Shown in pieces: positions 11,213-24,063 of a stretch of DNA of 64,000 bases. Positions within the stretch are counted from its first letter, which is position 1; every line of letters begins with the position of its first letter. The translations under genes were made by a program, and so were the position numbers. This DNA comes from Batkoa obscura. Lineage: Eukaryota. The notes beneath the pieces were generated by a model. It did no database searches, was not told where the DNA came from, and worked only from the letters and a program-made list of their open reading frames with translations. Location: assembly GCA_030770535.1 (NCBI GenBank), contig JASVEC010000001.1, positions 682,001-746,000 of the forward strand. The letters are read 5' to 3'.

Positions 11213-12601
11213 TTAAATTCTTGAGTCCCAAGTTCTAATTCTTTCTCCCCAGATGGTTAATATTATTAATATAGCTATACCAATTAACTGTAAAAATCCA
11301 AACAATGAAAAGGTCCATCCATAATTTAAGCTTGATAGCATTATTGAGTTAACAGATGCTATAATACCAGCAGAAATTGTTCTTAAGCAGTTGTTACATG
11401 CAGTTATACTTGCTGAGTATTTTGGGAACAAGTCGATTAGATAAGTAGAAGTTCCAGAAAATACACAAGTCATACCAAATCCTACCAATAGTTGACTAAA
11501 TAAGGTGGCGCCAAGTGGTAACTCAAACTCTAAAAACCAACCTAGCATAAATAAACCTACAGTGATACTAATTGCCCCAATAAACGATCCGTGAAGTCTA
11601 ATCTCTGGTGGTGCGGGTTTATTAGTGATCCTACTATATCTATTAATTAAGTAGTCTGATAGTTTACCACCAAAGGTAGAGCCGATTAAATTCCCAATTC
11701 CAAGTGGGATATAAGCTAATCCAACTTGAGATGAATTCAAGTGATAAACGGCTGTCAAGGATTTTATTTGAGAGGAAGAAATACTATAGTATGAAGCAAA
11801 AATAATACTAGCGTATAAAACTGTTAAAGCAACAGTCACATGTTTTAAATAAATTAAAGGCATAAGTGGATTGAATATAGGCCCTTTACGATATATTTTA
11901 AAAGGACTTAAAGTTATCCCAAAGGTAAATTTTTGTTTTCTTTCTTTTGGCAATGTTTCAGGCAAAAAGAACGTTACAAAGATAAAAATGATGCCTGCCA
12001 AACCAGTTAATATCCAAAATATGTAACGCCATCCTAAGTATTGGTTAACAAACCCACCTATTATAGGACCTATTACTGGCCCAATAAGAGGCCCTACTAA
12101 AAATAATCCTGTAGCAGATCCTCGTTCACTTCTTGGGAAAATATCACTAATTGTTCCAATTCCTATTACTACAGTGGAAGATGATCCTAATCCTTGCAGT
12201 GCCCTCATCACAATTAGAAAATTAATATTAGGCGCTAAAGCACAACCTACGCTTGACGCAATAAAGATAGCTGTCGAAGCTATATATACACCCTTTCTAC
12301 CATACATATCAGCTAATCCTCCCCACATTAAGGGGGCTATTCCCATAATAAATAAAAAACTTGATACGGTTATATCAACTAGCTCCTCTGTTGTTTTTAA
12401 TTCTTGTCTAATATTCAAAAGAGCTGGAAAATAAATAGCCGAACATATGGGGGATGACATTCCAGCAATAGCAACTAATAGCAGAATAAGATACCGTTGA
12501 AATTTAGTGAAGTCATTACTAATTTTCGGTTCTTGACTATTTTGGTTTTCTAACCCTTCTTCTATATTAGCAGCATTAACTTCTTTTGATTCTATTTCCA
12601 T
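11213..12601 (-). CDS. MFS transporter, DHA1 drug:H+ antiporter family
   Basis: Motif A GGLADMYGRK, MRALQGLG, motif C GPLIGPVIGPIIGG, WRYIFW, PETL; 12-TM pattern. Confidence 0.93.
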   Translation of the reverse strand: MEIESKEVNAANIEEGLENQNSQEPKISNDFTKFQRYLILLLVAIAGMSSPICSAIYFPALLNIRQELKTTEELVDITVSSFLFIMGIAPLMWGGLADMYGRKGVYIASTAIFIASSVGCALAPNINFLIVMRALQGLGSSSTVVIGIGTISDIFPRSERGSATGLFLVGPLIGPVIGPIIGGFVNQYLGWRYIFWILTGLAGIIFIFVTFFLPETLPKERKQKFTFGITLSPFKIYRKGPIFNPLMPLIYLKHVTVALTVLYASIIFASYYSISSSQIKSLTAVYHLNSSQVGLAYIPLGIGNLIGSTFGGKLSDYLINRYSRITNKPAPPEIRLHGSFIGAISITVGLFMLGWFLEFELPLGATLFSQLLVGFGMTCVFSGTSTYLIDLFPKYSASITACNNCLRTISAGIIASVNSIMLSSLNYGWTFSLFGFLQLIGIAILIILTIWGERIRTWDSRI

Positions 12602-13224
12602 GTTTTCAGATATTTTTTAATATTAATCAAGATACATGTTATGTGTTTATATACTTTTTTTTCATTCAAGTTTTTATGAATTCATAAATTACCTTAAAAT
12701 TAATTACCATATTTATTTTTTCTGATTGACATTATCAATCTAAAAGGAAGGAATAGTTAATGATTACGTCATAAATTCAAGAACTTTAAGATTTTCGCAG
12801 AAAGGCTATTTTTCCCCGAGTGCTAAAATCTTTTTTACCCGGAGTGGATAAATTCAAACAACAAAAAATCCAAAGGCTTCTTTTGATATAAATAGCTAGA
12901 CTTTAATTAAAGTATTTTTAATACAATTTAATCTTAAAAATTCAGGCTTCTTATTATTATAAATAAAACGTTAAGCTTGAGAATATCGATTCATCCTGAT
13001 TCTTCAATATCCTAATTCATTGAGAAATAAAATAAACCATGTTTGATAGTACCAGTTATCCTACATATAATTATGTTACAAGCTTGAACCCCAAGGCTAA
13101 TTTCATCTAGATACCAAATGGGTACTATCTGTATCTATTGTTTTTCTTATCTGGCTATTTCTGTTTCTCTCCAAAAAAAAGCTAATCAATATATGATAAA
13201 TAATTAAGTGTGTTTTAATGTAGC

Positions 13225-13330
13225 ATATGGGGGGGGGTTTTTTGGTTTCATCACTTTTTCCATTTTCTAAGCGCTATTTAAGTGGAAAAATTGTTATTGA
13301 AATTCTTAAACAAAAAATACATCCCCATAT
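13225..13330 (+). mobile_element. MITE family A, copy 2
   Basis: ATAT-GGGG...TACATCCCC-ATAT with the family internal sequence. Confidence 0.85.
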
Positions 13331-14144
13331 GTTTTTGGCTTGTATAAACTAAGAATATTAATTTTAAACGCTTATTAGAATTAAGCTATAGGTTTTTTAA
13401 AATAATTTGAGCTTAGTAGCAATATTTGAAACTAGTAAACTGCTATTAATAAAGGTTATTCAACTTTCTCCTTTTAGTATTTCAATTTTCAATTGTAAAA
13501 GTATTGTACTAACCGCTTGGGCCATAATAAAAAGGGTATTAAGCCCTGTCAAATCGGCCTAAATATTTCATATACAATTTTTAGCTAATAAATGCCTGTA
13601 GGGGTTCAAACTTTTTGAAGATAGCGCTATAAGTATGATGTTTAAATGTGGACTGCGAACAAAATTCTTAATGTATTTTATGAATTACACAAGATGTATT
13701 TTAAAGGAATTGTGTAATAATGAGAAAATACCATTAGTTATTTTCTAGAAGAATAGCCAGATTATTTGATAGATTACGATATATGAAGCATTATGTGACA
13801 AATCAATATAAATATATTTTATATAAAAATTACATTTAAGCAAAAAAGTGTCAATGCAAGCCCTCACCATGATTTAAATATAAATAGTTGACAAGGGCTA
13901 GGGTTAAGGTTAGGGTTATGCGTTAAAAATTATCAAAAATGCGCACAAAATACAATTGCAATTTAGAATTGTTTTTGTAGACTATAATCTAAACTAGTAA
14001 TGTCAGTAATAAATAGTATTAGGGATTCATCATCCTAAAATAATACTTTGTTGACCTTAAAGATTATAGTGTCTTTAAATCTTATCTAAAGATCGCGCCT
14101 TTTAAGTAATTTAAAATATCACTGAAAGTAAAATTTAAAGCATC

Positions 14145-14249
14145 ATATGAGAATGTATTTTTGTGTTTAAGAATTTCACTAACAATTTTTCCACTTAAAT
14201 AGCGCCCAGAAAATGGAAAAAGTGATGAAACCAAAAAACATCCCTATAT
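14145..14249 (-). mobile_element. MITE family A, copy 3
   Basis: Reverse-orientation copy with ATAT on both flanks. Confidence 0.8.
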
Positions 14250-14903
14250 TACTTTAAAAATATTAAGTTAAAGTTTATAACAATATTAATTAATAGTTCA
14301 TAAGTCATGTTATTTTAAGCTTTATCAAAATAAGTAGAAATACAACATTTAGCATATATCAGTATTATTAATCCATATTTTATACCCTGTTGATTTAATT
14401 TTTATATTTATCTAGCAAAGATAAATTAATTAAAGTTTATGAGCATGTTTTAAAGGCAGCAATTTAATGAATTTGAAATATAAAAAGTGGAATTTGCGAA
14501 AGTAAGTGCTGTTTAAATTTACTATAAAAGCAAAATAAGTGCAATTTGTCTTATTTGGAAGTTCGAAATTTTCGCAGATAATAGTGCCTTAGAGTGGAAA
14601 AGAAATACCTAAATCTTAAATAATTTTGATATTTATACCATTAAAGATCTTTATAGTAAGATATTCATTTGCTCTTTTTTGTAAACCATTTATAACATTT
14701 AAATCATTTGTATTTTTGATAGCAGTTTAATTTAGATGTTTATATTTCAAGATATTTTCATGTCAATAAATATTCTTGCTTGCTTTATTATTCAACAAGC
14801 ACTTTAGAAAAGTTATAAAATGCTTCCACCTTTTGAATACGAATTTTAACAATATTTGTTTCAATATTATAAATCATAAATTTTATTATTATTTTAAGTT
14901 AAA

Positions 14904-17900
14904 TTATTCTTGTTTAGGATCAACAAATACAGAAGAAAGGGCAGGATGGTTATCGTGATCCCCAATTGTACCAGATTTAGTTCTACGTGTATTGCTCGAT
15001 TCTTGTGCTATTTCCCTAAGTTTTTGAGCTGTAGCTTCACCAGTTTGGGCTACTAAAGAAGCAAAAGAACCATCTTCTCTATCAAGTAGTTTAATTGGTT
15101 CATCAAACTCCATTACTTTACCACCATCCATAACTAACACTTTATCGGAATCAATGATTGTGTTAAGACGATGAGCAATAGTAAGCACAGTTAAATCAGC
15201 AAAGTTCTCGCGGATAGCATTTTGAATTAAAAGATCAGTAGCCATATCAATAGCAGCTGTGGCTTCATCTAATACTAAAATCTTAGATTTAGAAAGTACT
15301 GCACGTGCAATACAGAATAATTGACGTTGTCCTAATGAGAAATTCTTTCCATTTTCTATAACTTCAGAATCAAGTTGGTTGGGCATTTGACGAATTTTAC
15401 CAGAAAGATGAACTGAATCTAAAGCTTTCCAAATTTCAAGATCGGTACTTGTATTGAATGGATCTAAATTAGAACGAATAGACCCGACAAATAGAACTGG
15501 CTCTTGTGGAATGATAGCTACTTTTGTACGAAGATCTCTTAAACCAATTTTGGAGATATCAACACCATCAATAAGGATTTGTCCTTCAGCAGCTTCGACA
15601 ATACGAAGTAATGAAATAAGTAAAGTGGACTTACCTGAACCAGTACGTCCTACAATACCAATCTTTTCACGTTCACGAATAGTAAAAGTTACATTCTTGA
15701 GAACATTGACACCAAATTTGTGATATCTAAGTACTACATTCTTGAACTCAATTACTCCATTTTCTGGCCAGCTTGCACGTGGTTTTGTTTCAGCTATTTC
15801 ATGTGGTGCTTCAGCTGGAATATCTCTACCATAATATACAAGTTGTCCTACACTACCCATTTGAGATTGTACATCACCTACCATACGAATAGTCCATTGT
15901 AAGAACACTAACATCTGTAAAGCATTTGAAAGAGCTAAACCTGCATTAGAAGCAGCTTGGGCTGGGTTGCTAGTATCTGAAAACATAATAAGGAATAATG
16001 CAGTAAAAAATACAATGAATGAGGACAATACATCAAGATAGAAGGCGACCCATGTTTTCATAGTTTGGAGGGCATATAGATTTTTATGATTATCATCTAA
16101 AAGTGTAATATTGATTGAATCAAATCTGTTTTGGGCATGATAAGCACGAATAGAAAATAAACCTTCAAGGGTAGCAGTTAAATGTGCATAAATTGGAGGT
16201 TTTGTTACTGCTTCTAATTGTTTAAGTTTTGTTTCAGCTGGAGTGGTGAAATATACTAAACTAAATCCAATGATTACAAGAATAATAGTAGCAACAGCAT
16301 TGGGCCAGTATACAACAGCAGCTACTAATACCAAAGCACCGGCAGCTAATGGAGCATATTGTAAAGATTGCATAAGAGCATCTGGCATTGTGTCATCTAC
16401 ATGGAATTGATGCTTAGAGAAAGCAGAAAGAATACGACCAAGAGGAGTAGTATCAAAGAACCCCATTGGAGCCATCATTACTGAAGCAAACATATCATCA
16501 TGGAGAACGTGTGCTTTCTTAGCAGCTTCATAAGCAAATGCTAAACCACGAGTCAACACGCCAGTAGTAAAAACTATTGTGAAAGCAGCATAAGATGCCA
16601 AATAGATGGTATCAAGACTGAGTTTTGAATCAAAGTTAAGACGATTTGGAATCCAGAAGTTGAGCCAGAAATCAGAGAATAAACGTACACAATGAACCAA
16701 GAAGAAGTATGCGAAAATACTAACAGTAATGATTACACCAGAGCCAGCAGTAAGATAAAGTACAACATCCTGTATACCCATCTTTGAAGCAGAAAGATCT
16801 TCAGTTACTAAAGCTCCTTTCTTAGCATCTTCTTCCTCTTTAGATTTAGGAGCAGCAGGAGTATCTCTCTTTCCTTCAATTAAAGAATGTATAGTAAGCT
16901 CGTTACGTTGGATGGTTGCAGCAACATCATGACCTTGGATTTGACCTTGAAGAACAGATAATTGGTTTTTTTCAATAAATGAAGAGATAGTAGCTTCATT
17001 AATATCGTGATTATCAGAACGAGCTGCCAATAGAGATCTATCTTGAACTGAAAGTTGATTTAAAACGGCGTTATCAACAGGTTTTTCGCTAGAAAAATCA
17101 ACATGTTCGATTTCAATTTCATCACTTTCTTCTCCAGATGCAACATGTGAATTAATCAAGTTCTTAAATTCTTCATCACCTGCTATCAACTCATCATAAG
17201 TACCAATTTTGTTGATTTTACCATCCTTCATTCCAATGATACGGTCCACTTGAGGTAAGTATTGGAGTGCATGAGTGACAAAAATAACTGTTTTCTCAGA
17301 AAGCTTTCCTTTAATACATTGCTCAAAAATATGTCTACCAACATTTTGATCTACTGCACTAAGAGGATCATCTAAAAGAATAATATCACCGAAGTTATAA
17401 ACAGCACGTGCTAAGGACACACGCTGTTTTTGGCCACCTGAAAGGTTGGATCCACGCTCTGCAATTTCAGTTTGATCACCAGCAATCAATAAAGTCAAAT
17501 CTCTTTCTAAAGCACAAACTTTAATTGTTTCATCATAATGAGCCTTGTCAAACTCTTTCCCAAAGGTTATATTTTCACGAAGTATCATATTAAGTAACCA
17601 AGCTTCTTGAGGAACATAACTAACACTTCCATAAACTTTTAAACGTTCACCACCTACTTGTCTCATTTGACCAAGGATAGCTGCAATTAAACTCGATTTA
17701 CCTGAACCAACATCACCAATAACGGCAATAAGCTCACCGTGTTTTATATCCAATTTAAGATCTTGTAAGAATGGTGAGTGGTCATCATTTTCTTCCCATG
17801 AGAAAGAAGATTCGTTCATTTTAATAGCAAGTTCTGGATGATCTGACTTTTGGTTAAGGTCATAACCTTCAATTTCAAGTTGAGTGAAAAATTCATTTAA

Positions 17901-19007
17901 ACGCTTAATTGATAAAATTGAGCCAGAGTAACTCTTTACGGCCATAGGCAGCATAAGGAAAGGATAACGTAAGGTATTGAAGACAGAAAGAATAGTAAAG
18001 GCAATCGATGCAGATGGTTTTCCCTTGGTATAGGTTAATGTGACTAATGATAAAAGGGCAACAATAACAGGGACGGCAAACACAACAGCAAAGTTAATAG
18101 CCTTGATTTGCATTGTACGCTTAATAAGGTTGATTTCTTTTTTACGGATTTCATTAATTCTCTCAGAAAATGGCTGTTCCCAGGCATAGAATTTAATCAA
18201 TTTAATTGCAGTCAAGATTTCTGACATAAGATGAACTCTATGGGTAGTAATAGCAGTATTTTGAACTTGGAGATCGGAAGTTTTCTTACCGAGATAGTAT
18301 TGTAAAGGAAGAAGGATGATAACAATACCAAGAGCTGGAAAAGCAGCAACTCCTATTAAACCAAAGGAAATACCAAGAATCAAAACAGCTTCAACTAAAG
18401 CAGACCAAAGGAAATGTAGATTAGTTACAGCCTCAGTGATACGCGAAACATCAGTAGAAAGTACGTTGATAACCTCACCAGCACCACCTTTAACTCTAAA
18501 TAACATAAGTGATTTTCTGTAAACTAAAACGGTAAGAGCTGATTTAATTTGGATCCCAATACGAGAACATTGACCATAAAGTTGATGGATAGCAATTGAA
18601 CTAAATAATGAAGAAAGGAACAGAGCAAGAGCAAACAAATAACCAGCGGTATTACTCCAATGAAAGTTGACTTTATCAAAGTATTGGAGCGAAACTTGAA
18701 GGAAATAGTAAGCACCTAACCATGTGAAAAGAGCCCAAACCAATTTCCAGATACCAACCAAAATATAAGCTTTACCATAAACCTTATAAAGAGATCTTAA
18801 AATAGATGGTGGGTTAGCAGTGTTTTTTTGCTCTTCTTGCCAGGCTGCTTCTAAATTATCACCATTAATACCTGCCCTTTCACTTTTAGCTAAAAGAATT
18901 TGAATTTGTTTAAGATCAGTACGAAGAAGGGCACTGACTAAAGGAAATACCCAGAAGTAAAACCAATCAGACAAGAAAAATAACCCTTTTAACTCAAAAG
19001 GCTTCAT
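14904..19007 (-). CDS. ABCC/MRP-family ABC transporter (short form, no TMD0)
   Basis: TMD-NBD-TMD-NBD. NBD1 GDVGSGKS/LSGGQ/LLDDP; NBD2 GRTGSGKS/FSLGQ/LDEATA; ABCC signatures IKFYAWE and FFDTTPLGRIL. Confidence 0.96.
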   Translation of the reverse strand: MKPFELKGLFFLSDWFYFWVFPLVSALLRTDLKQIQILLAKSERAGINGDNLEAAWQEEQKNTANPPSILRSLYKVYGKAYILVGIWKLVWALFTWLGAYYFLQVSLQYFDKVNFHWSNTAGYLFALALFLSSLFSSIAIHQLYGQCSRIGIQIKSALTVLVYRKSLMLFRVKGGAGEVINVLSTDVSRITEAVTNLHFLWSALVEAVLILGISFGLIGVAAFPALGIVIILLPLQYYLGKKTSDLQVQNTAITTHRVHLMSEILTAIKLIKFYAWEQPFSERINEIRKKEINLIKRTMQIKAINFAVVFAVPVIVALLSLVTLTYTKGKPSASIAFTILSVFNTLRYPFLMLPMAVKSYSGSILSIKRLNEFFTQLEIEGYDLNQKSDHPELAIKMNESSFSWEENDDHSPFLQDLKLDIKHGELIAVIGDVGSGKSSLIAAILGQMRQVGGERLKVYGSVSYVPQEAWLLNMILRENITFGKEFDKAHYDETIKVCALERDLTLLIAGDQTEIAERGSNLSGGQKQRVSLARAVYNFGDIILLDDPLSAVDQNVGRHIFEQCIKGKLSEKTVIFVTHALQYLPQVDRIIGMKDGKINKIGTYDELIAGDEEFKNLINSHVASGEESDEIEIEHVDFSSEKPVDNAVLNQLSVQDRSLLAARSDNHDINEATISSFIEKNQLSVLQGQIQGHDVAATIQRNELTIHSLIEGKRDTPAAPKSKEEEDAKKGALVTEDLSASKMGIQDVVLYLTAGSGVIITVSIFAYFFLVHCVRLFSDFWLNFWIPNRLNFDSKLSLDTIYLASYAAFTIVFTTGVLTRGLAFAYEAAKKAHVLHDDMFASVMMAPMGFFDTTPLGRILSAFSKHQFHVDDTMPDALMQSLQYAPLAAGALVLVAAVVYWPNAVATIILVIIGFSLVYFTTPAETKLKQLEAVTKPPIYAHLTATLEGLFSIRAYHAQNRFDSINITLLDDNHKNLYALQTMKTWVAFYLDVLSSFIVFFTALFLIMFSDTSNPAQAASNAGLALSNALQMLVFLQWTIRMVGDVQSQMGSVGQLVYYGRDIPAEAPHEIAETKPRASWPENGVIEFKNVVLRYHKFGVNVLKNVTFTIREREKIGIVGRTGSGKSTLLISLLRIVEAAEGQILIDGVDISKIGLRDLRTKVAIIPQEPVLFVGSIRSNLDPFNTSTDLEIWKALDSVHLSGKIRQMPNQLDSEVIENGKNFSLGQRQLFCIARAVLSKSKILVLDEATAAIDMATDLLIQNAIRENFADLTVLTIAHRLNTIIDSDKVLVMDGGKVMEFDEPIKLLDREDGSFASLVAQTGEATAQKLREIAQESSNTRRTKSGTIGDHDNHPALSSVFVDPKQE

Positions 19008-21230
19008 TTAAATTACTGGAAAATTAGGTAAATACGAATTGTTTTAGTAATATCAAATATAAATAAGTTAGTTATCGCGGTACTTTAAAATATCTTTAAA
19101 GTAAACTATTAAGATACACGATTAAGATATTGATTATAAATAGTTTTTGGTTTTTATATTATTTTCTGATTTTATTTTTTATACTTAATTTTTAAATTAA
19201 CCCCAGATTACTTACTAAGGAGCCAATAAAATAGTTTTTCTTTGTTGAAAATGAGCACCTCATTTGTTCATGATAAAAAATGCACACTTTCAATCATTTT
19301 AAAACATATATATATATTTTAGGGGTTAAGGAGAGAATTTGTTTAACTTAAAAAAAAATAAGAATGCAGCTTTTTCTTTTTAATCAGAAAAAAGGGTGTA
19401 TTTAATATTTTATTTTGCCCCACGAATTTTATTTTTACAATAGTCATCAAATGTTACACCTAGAATGTTATATTGTAAATATAGAAAATTCCAATGATAT
19501 GAAAAAGATTATTTGTAAGTTATGAAATCGCTACACCAATAAATCCTTAATTCTGAAAAAAGTATTTTTTATCTTAGCCATATTTGATAATAACGCATAT
19601 CAAATTAAATTTAATAAATATCTTTTTACTCTAAAAAATTTTATAGCCCCTAAATTAATTTGATCATAACTAAGTTTGGGATATGTGAACATTTACAACC
19701 TATGTATTATTGGATATAGTAAAAATCATTTGCAATAATAAACTATGAAATTTTAAACATTGACTATGAAATGAATATCAATGTATCTAAATAGTGAAAT
19801 CTCAAAGTTATCATTATGGAGTGCTTTAATATCATTTCAAAGACGATTTACAAAATGAGTGAATCTAGAACCTTACATTTTTGGTATATAATTTTGATTC
19901 AAATATACTTTTTGTTCTAGAGTAACGTTTTTAATGAGATAACTAAAAAATGAAAATATTATTTCAAAATCGAATTTAACTAAAATCATCTTAATAGATT
20001 TTAAAATCAATATTTAAAATAAGGGGCCAATTAATTAACTATTTAAAGGAATAGTATTTTCTAATTAAAATAATAATAAATTAAATCGCTTCTTATTTTT
20101 AAAACAATGATATTATAATTTGAAATATATTGCACAATATTTTAGTAGATTATATAAATATCGAAAACGAAAAAATACTATAAAACTCTTTATTAAAATA
20201 TATTGATAGTCTGATCTAAGCTTTAAATCAAAGTAAACTGTCAGATAATTTGTTTTTTTATATGGAATCATCTATTGGGTGCAATCACCTATCAAATAAT
20301 AGACTAAGAAATGCTGTTAGCTTTAATATATTAATTTTAAACTAGACCGGATTTAGTACTTTTCTATGAATCATTACTAAATAGTTTACATATAATTTAA
20401 TTCAATATATTGATAGTATAGAATTTATACTAATAGATATAATATAGTTTAACTTTGAGTGTTTGAGTTCTTAGTTAAAACAAAAATACTTAAGCTCGTC
20501 CAACCACCACACAATCTTTATAAACAAGTTACTAATTTAAAAACAACCTCTTCATTTCGGTATTTCAAATAAGTTATTAATTAAAAATCATAATGTTAAC
20601 AATTTAACTAAATCTATAGTTATGTAGTTCTAGAATAAATATAGTTAATAAAGTTTATTATAAGGAATTTTTTACAATACTCTGTAAATTTTTAATAAAA
20701 CAATTAAGCATAGGTTTTAGCCTTCCATACTTTTTGAAAATATTTTATTATTATAAAGTTAAAAGTAATAAACAGTTCGCTTATAGAAATAGCATTTGAT
20801 ATTGTAAAATATGATATAACTTGTTTTTTATATAATAGTTATGAGATTTAGTAATTGACTGGGGCTATTGATAAGCATTTAGAATTAAGTGCTCTTAATT
20901 CCAAATTCAAATTAGGCAGTTTTATCTTATTTTTTAGCAGCAGTTGGTGTTTGATTTTAACTGGAAATCAATTAAAAAGTTATACCTCTCTTATCTTATT
21001 ATTATCCTTACCTGTAGTACAAGCTTTCAAACTGCATTTGTTTCATCTCACTTAACTATAAATAAACCAATTCAAATTGCTTAAATATATTTCCACTTAA
21101 CTTAGTTTTTACTAATTTAATAGCATATAATTTTAAATGCTTATTTAAAATTCTGAAAAAAATTTAAGCAAACTAAAGTAAATCCTCGTAATAGTATTAA
21201 ATTTAAAAAACCAAAAACATCATATATAGG

Positions 21231-21779
21231 TGTCTTTTTTGGCTTTGTTAGCTCTATGATTGATTATCGGATAATAATCACTTAACTTGTTTGCAAAACT
21301 ATTTATAGTCTTGTATTCAATTTGACCATGATTCATGTGGTACAATCAATCCAAAGTTCCTTATTTAGATTTGCTATGAGAATTACCACCGCCTAACCAT
21401 GAAGAACTTATTGTCCACGTTTTAATGTCCATACTTGGTAACTATAATAAGGAGTAACTATTATCATGTTCCTTATATATAGCCACCCAATTGAAGTATA
21501 AAAGAGATTCTTCAGCATGATAACCCGAGGCTTTTTGATTGAATTATTCCCTGATATCGTACCTTTAATAAAGCCACTAAGTCTTTCTGACAATACCTTA
21601 CGTAGATTTTACAGTAGTATTGTCTATTCTATTTGTTTTACATAGTTCGTAACTTATTGCGTATTATTCTTATTAATTTAAGTCTATCTTAGTTATATAA
21701 ACTAAGACCGTTCGACTCAAGGCAAGTTAATCAACCAAGAACTGCTTTTAACTCCAACCACTGAGTACCAACTTTCGCA
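21231..21779 (+). mobile_element. Diverged solo LTR related to the Gypsy element at 33428-41076
   Basis: TG...CA ends; its reverse complement aligns along the LTR (e.g. TTAACTTGCCTTGAGTCGAACGGTCTTAG, GTCAGAAAGACTTAGTG, TGAAGAATCTCTTTTATACT) but is about 80 bp longer. Confidence 0.88.
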
Positions 21780-22155
21780 TATAACAAGGAGAAGCACACT
21801 ATATAAACATTATAATTAATTTACATTAACTTTAACAACTATTCATAATAACCCAAAGTTTATAGAATTTTATAATAAAACAAAAAAAAATCATCAAAGT
21901 TTATTATTGGTAATAATAAACCTAATCAAGCAATATACAAAATTAATGCTTTAAAAAATAGAAAATAAAAACTAACAAGTAGCATTATTATCAACTATAG
22001 TTTAATATATTTTTTTAATAAATATAAAAAGTTTAAATTTAATATAAATAGAAATTAATATAATTATTTGAAAACAACTAATAGTAATGATATATTAATA
22101 TTATAATTTTTTATTAAAATATAAAAAAAACAAAAACAAGCAAATTAAAGTTATT

Positions 22156-22256
22156 ATATGGGGATGTTTTTTTGGCTTCACTTTTCCATTTTTTAAGCAC
22201 TATTTGAACGGAAAGGTTGTTAGTAAAATTCTTAAACAAAAAATACATCCCCATAT
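22156..22256 (+). mobile_element. MITE family A, copy 4
   Basis: ATAT-GGGGATGTTTTT...AAAATACATCCCC-ATAT. Confidence 0.88.
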
Positions 22257-22547
22257 GGTTTAGAATTTTAAGCATAAGTGGGATGTAATTTTTGAAAATT
22301 TCGTATAAAACGTTTACATAAGATTATTTAGAAATCCTTCCTTGCTATAAAAATAAAATAAAAACCTTATAGTAAAAAGGATATAGATTTTAATTTTATT
22401 ACATAAGAAGATTTTGTAATATTTTATAACCTTCGCTTTATGATTGTAAAATGGTTGAACAAATAGAACAATAGTTTAACTAAGTTGTTATGGATGTTTC
22501 GACATTTAGTTGTCTTTTGAAATAAAATAAACATTAAAGCTAACAGC

Positions 22548-23998
22548 TTAATTTTTAGTAAAATTCTTAATATGTGCTTTAAACGCAGCAACTAATAAAT
22601 TAGTAGCTCTACTTTCCCTCATCATAACAAGATGCTGAGGGTTCATTGTGCAAGCAAAACAGGAATTAAATTCTGGTGAAAATAGGACTAAGCTGCTAAC
22701 CATATCACCCCAGCCACAAAAGAATATATCGGAATACTCATTTAATCCTGGATATTTAAAAACTCTAAACCTACCTTCAATAAATTCGGTTTCTCTTAGT
22801 ACTACTTGGCTAATAGCTTGAGTGCCTTCACTTATTGCTTTATTTATACCAAATTCAGTTATAAATTGCTTATTATCTAATTCCCCATTATTACCAAAGT
22901 AACTACTCATTTTGGCTAGCTTTGAATTGAATAAGCGATTAAAATTAAGCTTGATTAATACAATATATTTACTGGTTTTGCATTCGTATGACCGTTTGGA
23001 CTTGGAAATTCAATAGTAGCAAAATCGGAAGCGTTAGGATAATTCCTCTGCTTTAACACTTTTAGTTGAAGTGTTTTAAACATACTGTAATCCTTCTTTA
23101 AATAATTCTTGTTAAGTTTGAATGGTTTTCTCCCCAATAGTCAATTTGATAAAAATATAATTAATGAATCTAAAGTAGGATAACTATACTATTTTGCTCT
23201 ACGATGGCTGTTAATTTTTCTTAGACCTAAATAAAATTCTAAATCATATTTTGAACTAATTTCTTGTTCAAATAATTGTCCAATACTACGTACTTCTTTA
23301 TCTACTATTTTTATGATTTCATTAAGGATTAAACCTCTTGTTATAACATGATAACTTTGTACTTTCTTTCCATTATAAATATGCGGTATGTTAGTAATAA
23401 TAGTTCGAAGCTTATTTACATCATATACTTCCTCGCAAGTTGGTATTGAATTAACTAAAAAAAGTACTCCCCCTTCATGACGCAATAAATCTGGTAATAT
23501 TACTTCTCCTTTATTTCGATGGACATATTCAAGCCAGTACGTACTTATCTTCTCATTATAACCAAGTGAGCCTTGATCTAGTAACCTGACAATAACAGCA
23601 CTTTCCTGGAAAAATAATTATCAAGAGGATTTTAACATAGCTCAATTAAGACTACTATAAATTTTGAACATGAAAATACAACAATTAAAGTATTGAAGTA
23701 CATAGTATTTTTTTTTCAAAATTTTGATAACTATCTTAAAGTTCAGCTACTGATATTCTTTTGTTACATACTACTACGGAAGCTCCAACTTCAAGCCCTC
23801 GATTAAAATGACCTTTAAATACCTCTTTTACTTGATTATATTCTTCTTCACACTCATTTTCTATTGGATGATTAGGTTGAAATAAATTAAAATATCTAAT
23901 ATACCATGGAAGATATGCACTTTCATTTAATAATTTTTTATCAAGGTAAATGAAAATTATCCTGGATGTTAAAATAGACTGTTAGTAATTGTTGACAT
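22548..23998 (-). pseudogene. Beta-lactamase-like serine hydrolase (class C/EstB-type) pseudogene
   Basis: Fragments VKEVFKGHFNRGLEVGASVVV, catalytic SxxK in TLIVVFSCSK, LLRHEGGV, SYHVITRGLILNEII, FPSPNGHTNA, CGWG..SLVLFSPE..FACTMN; several in-frame stops and frameshifts. Confidence 0.8.
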
Positions 23999-24063
23999 GC
24001 CTTGATTATTTTTTATAAATCAAAGGAGGTACTTATATACATTTTTATCAAATTTCATAATCT

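Noticed and set aside
6532..19007. Secondary-metabolite cluster (tyrosinase + MFS + ABCC)
   Set aside because: No backbone synthase, and unrelated genes are interspersed.
21408..21593. 61-aa ORF
   Set aside because: Lies inside the solo LTR.
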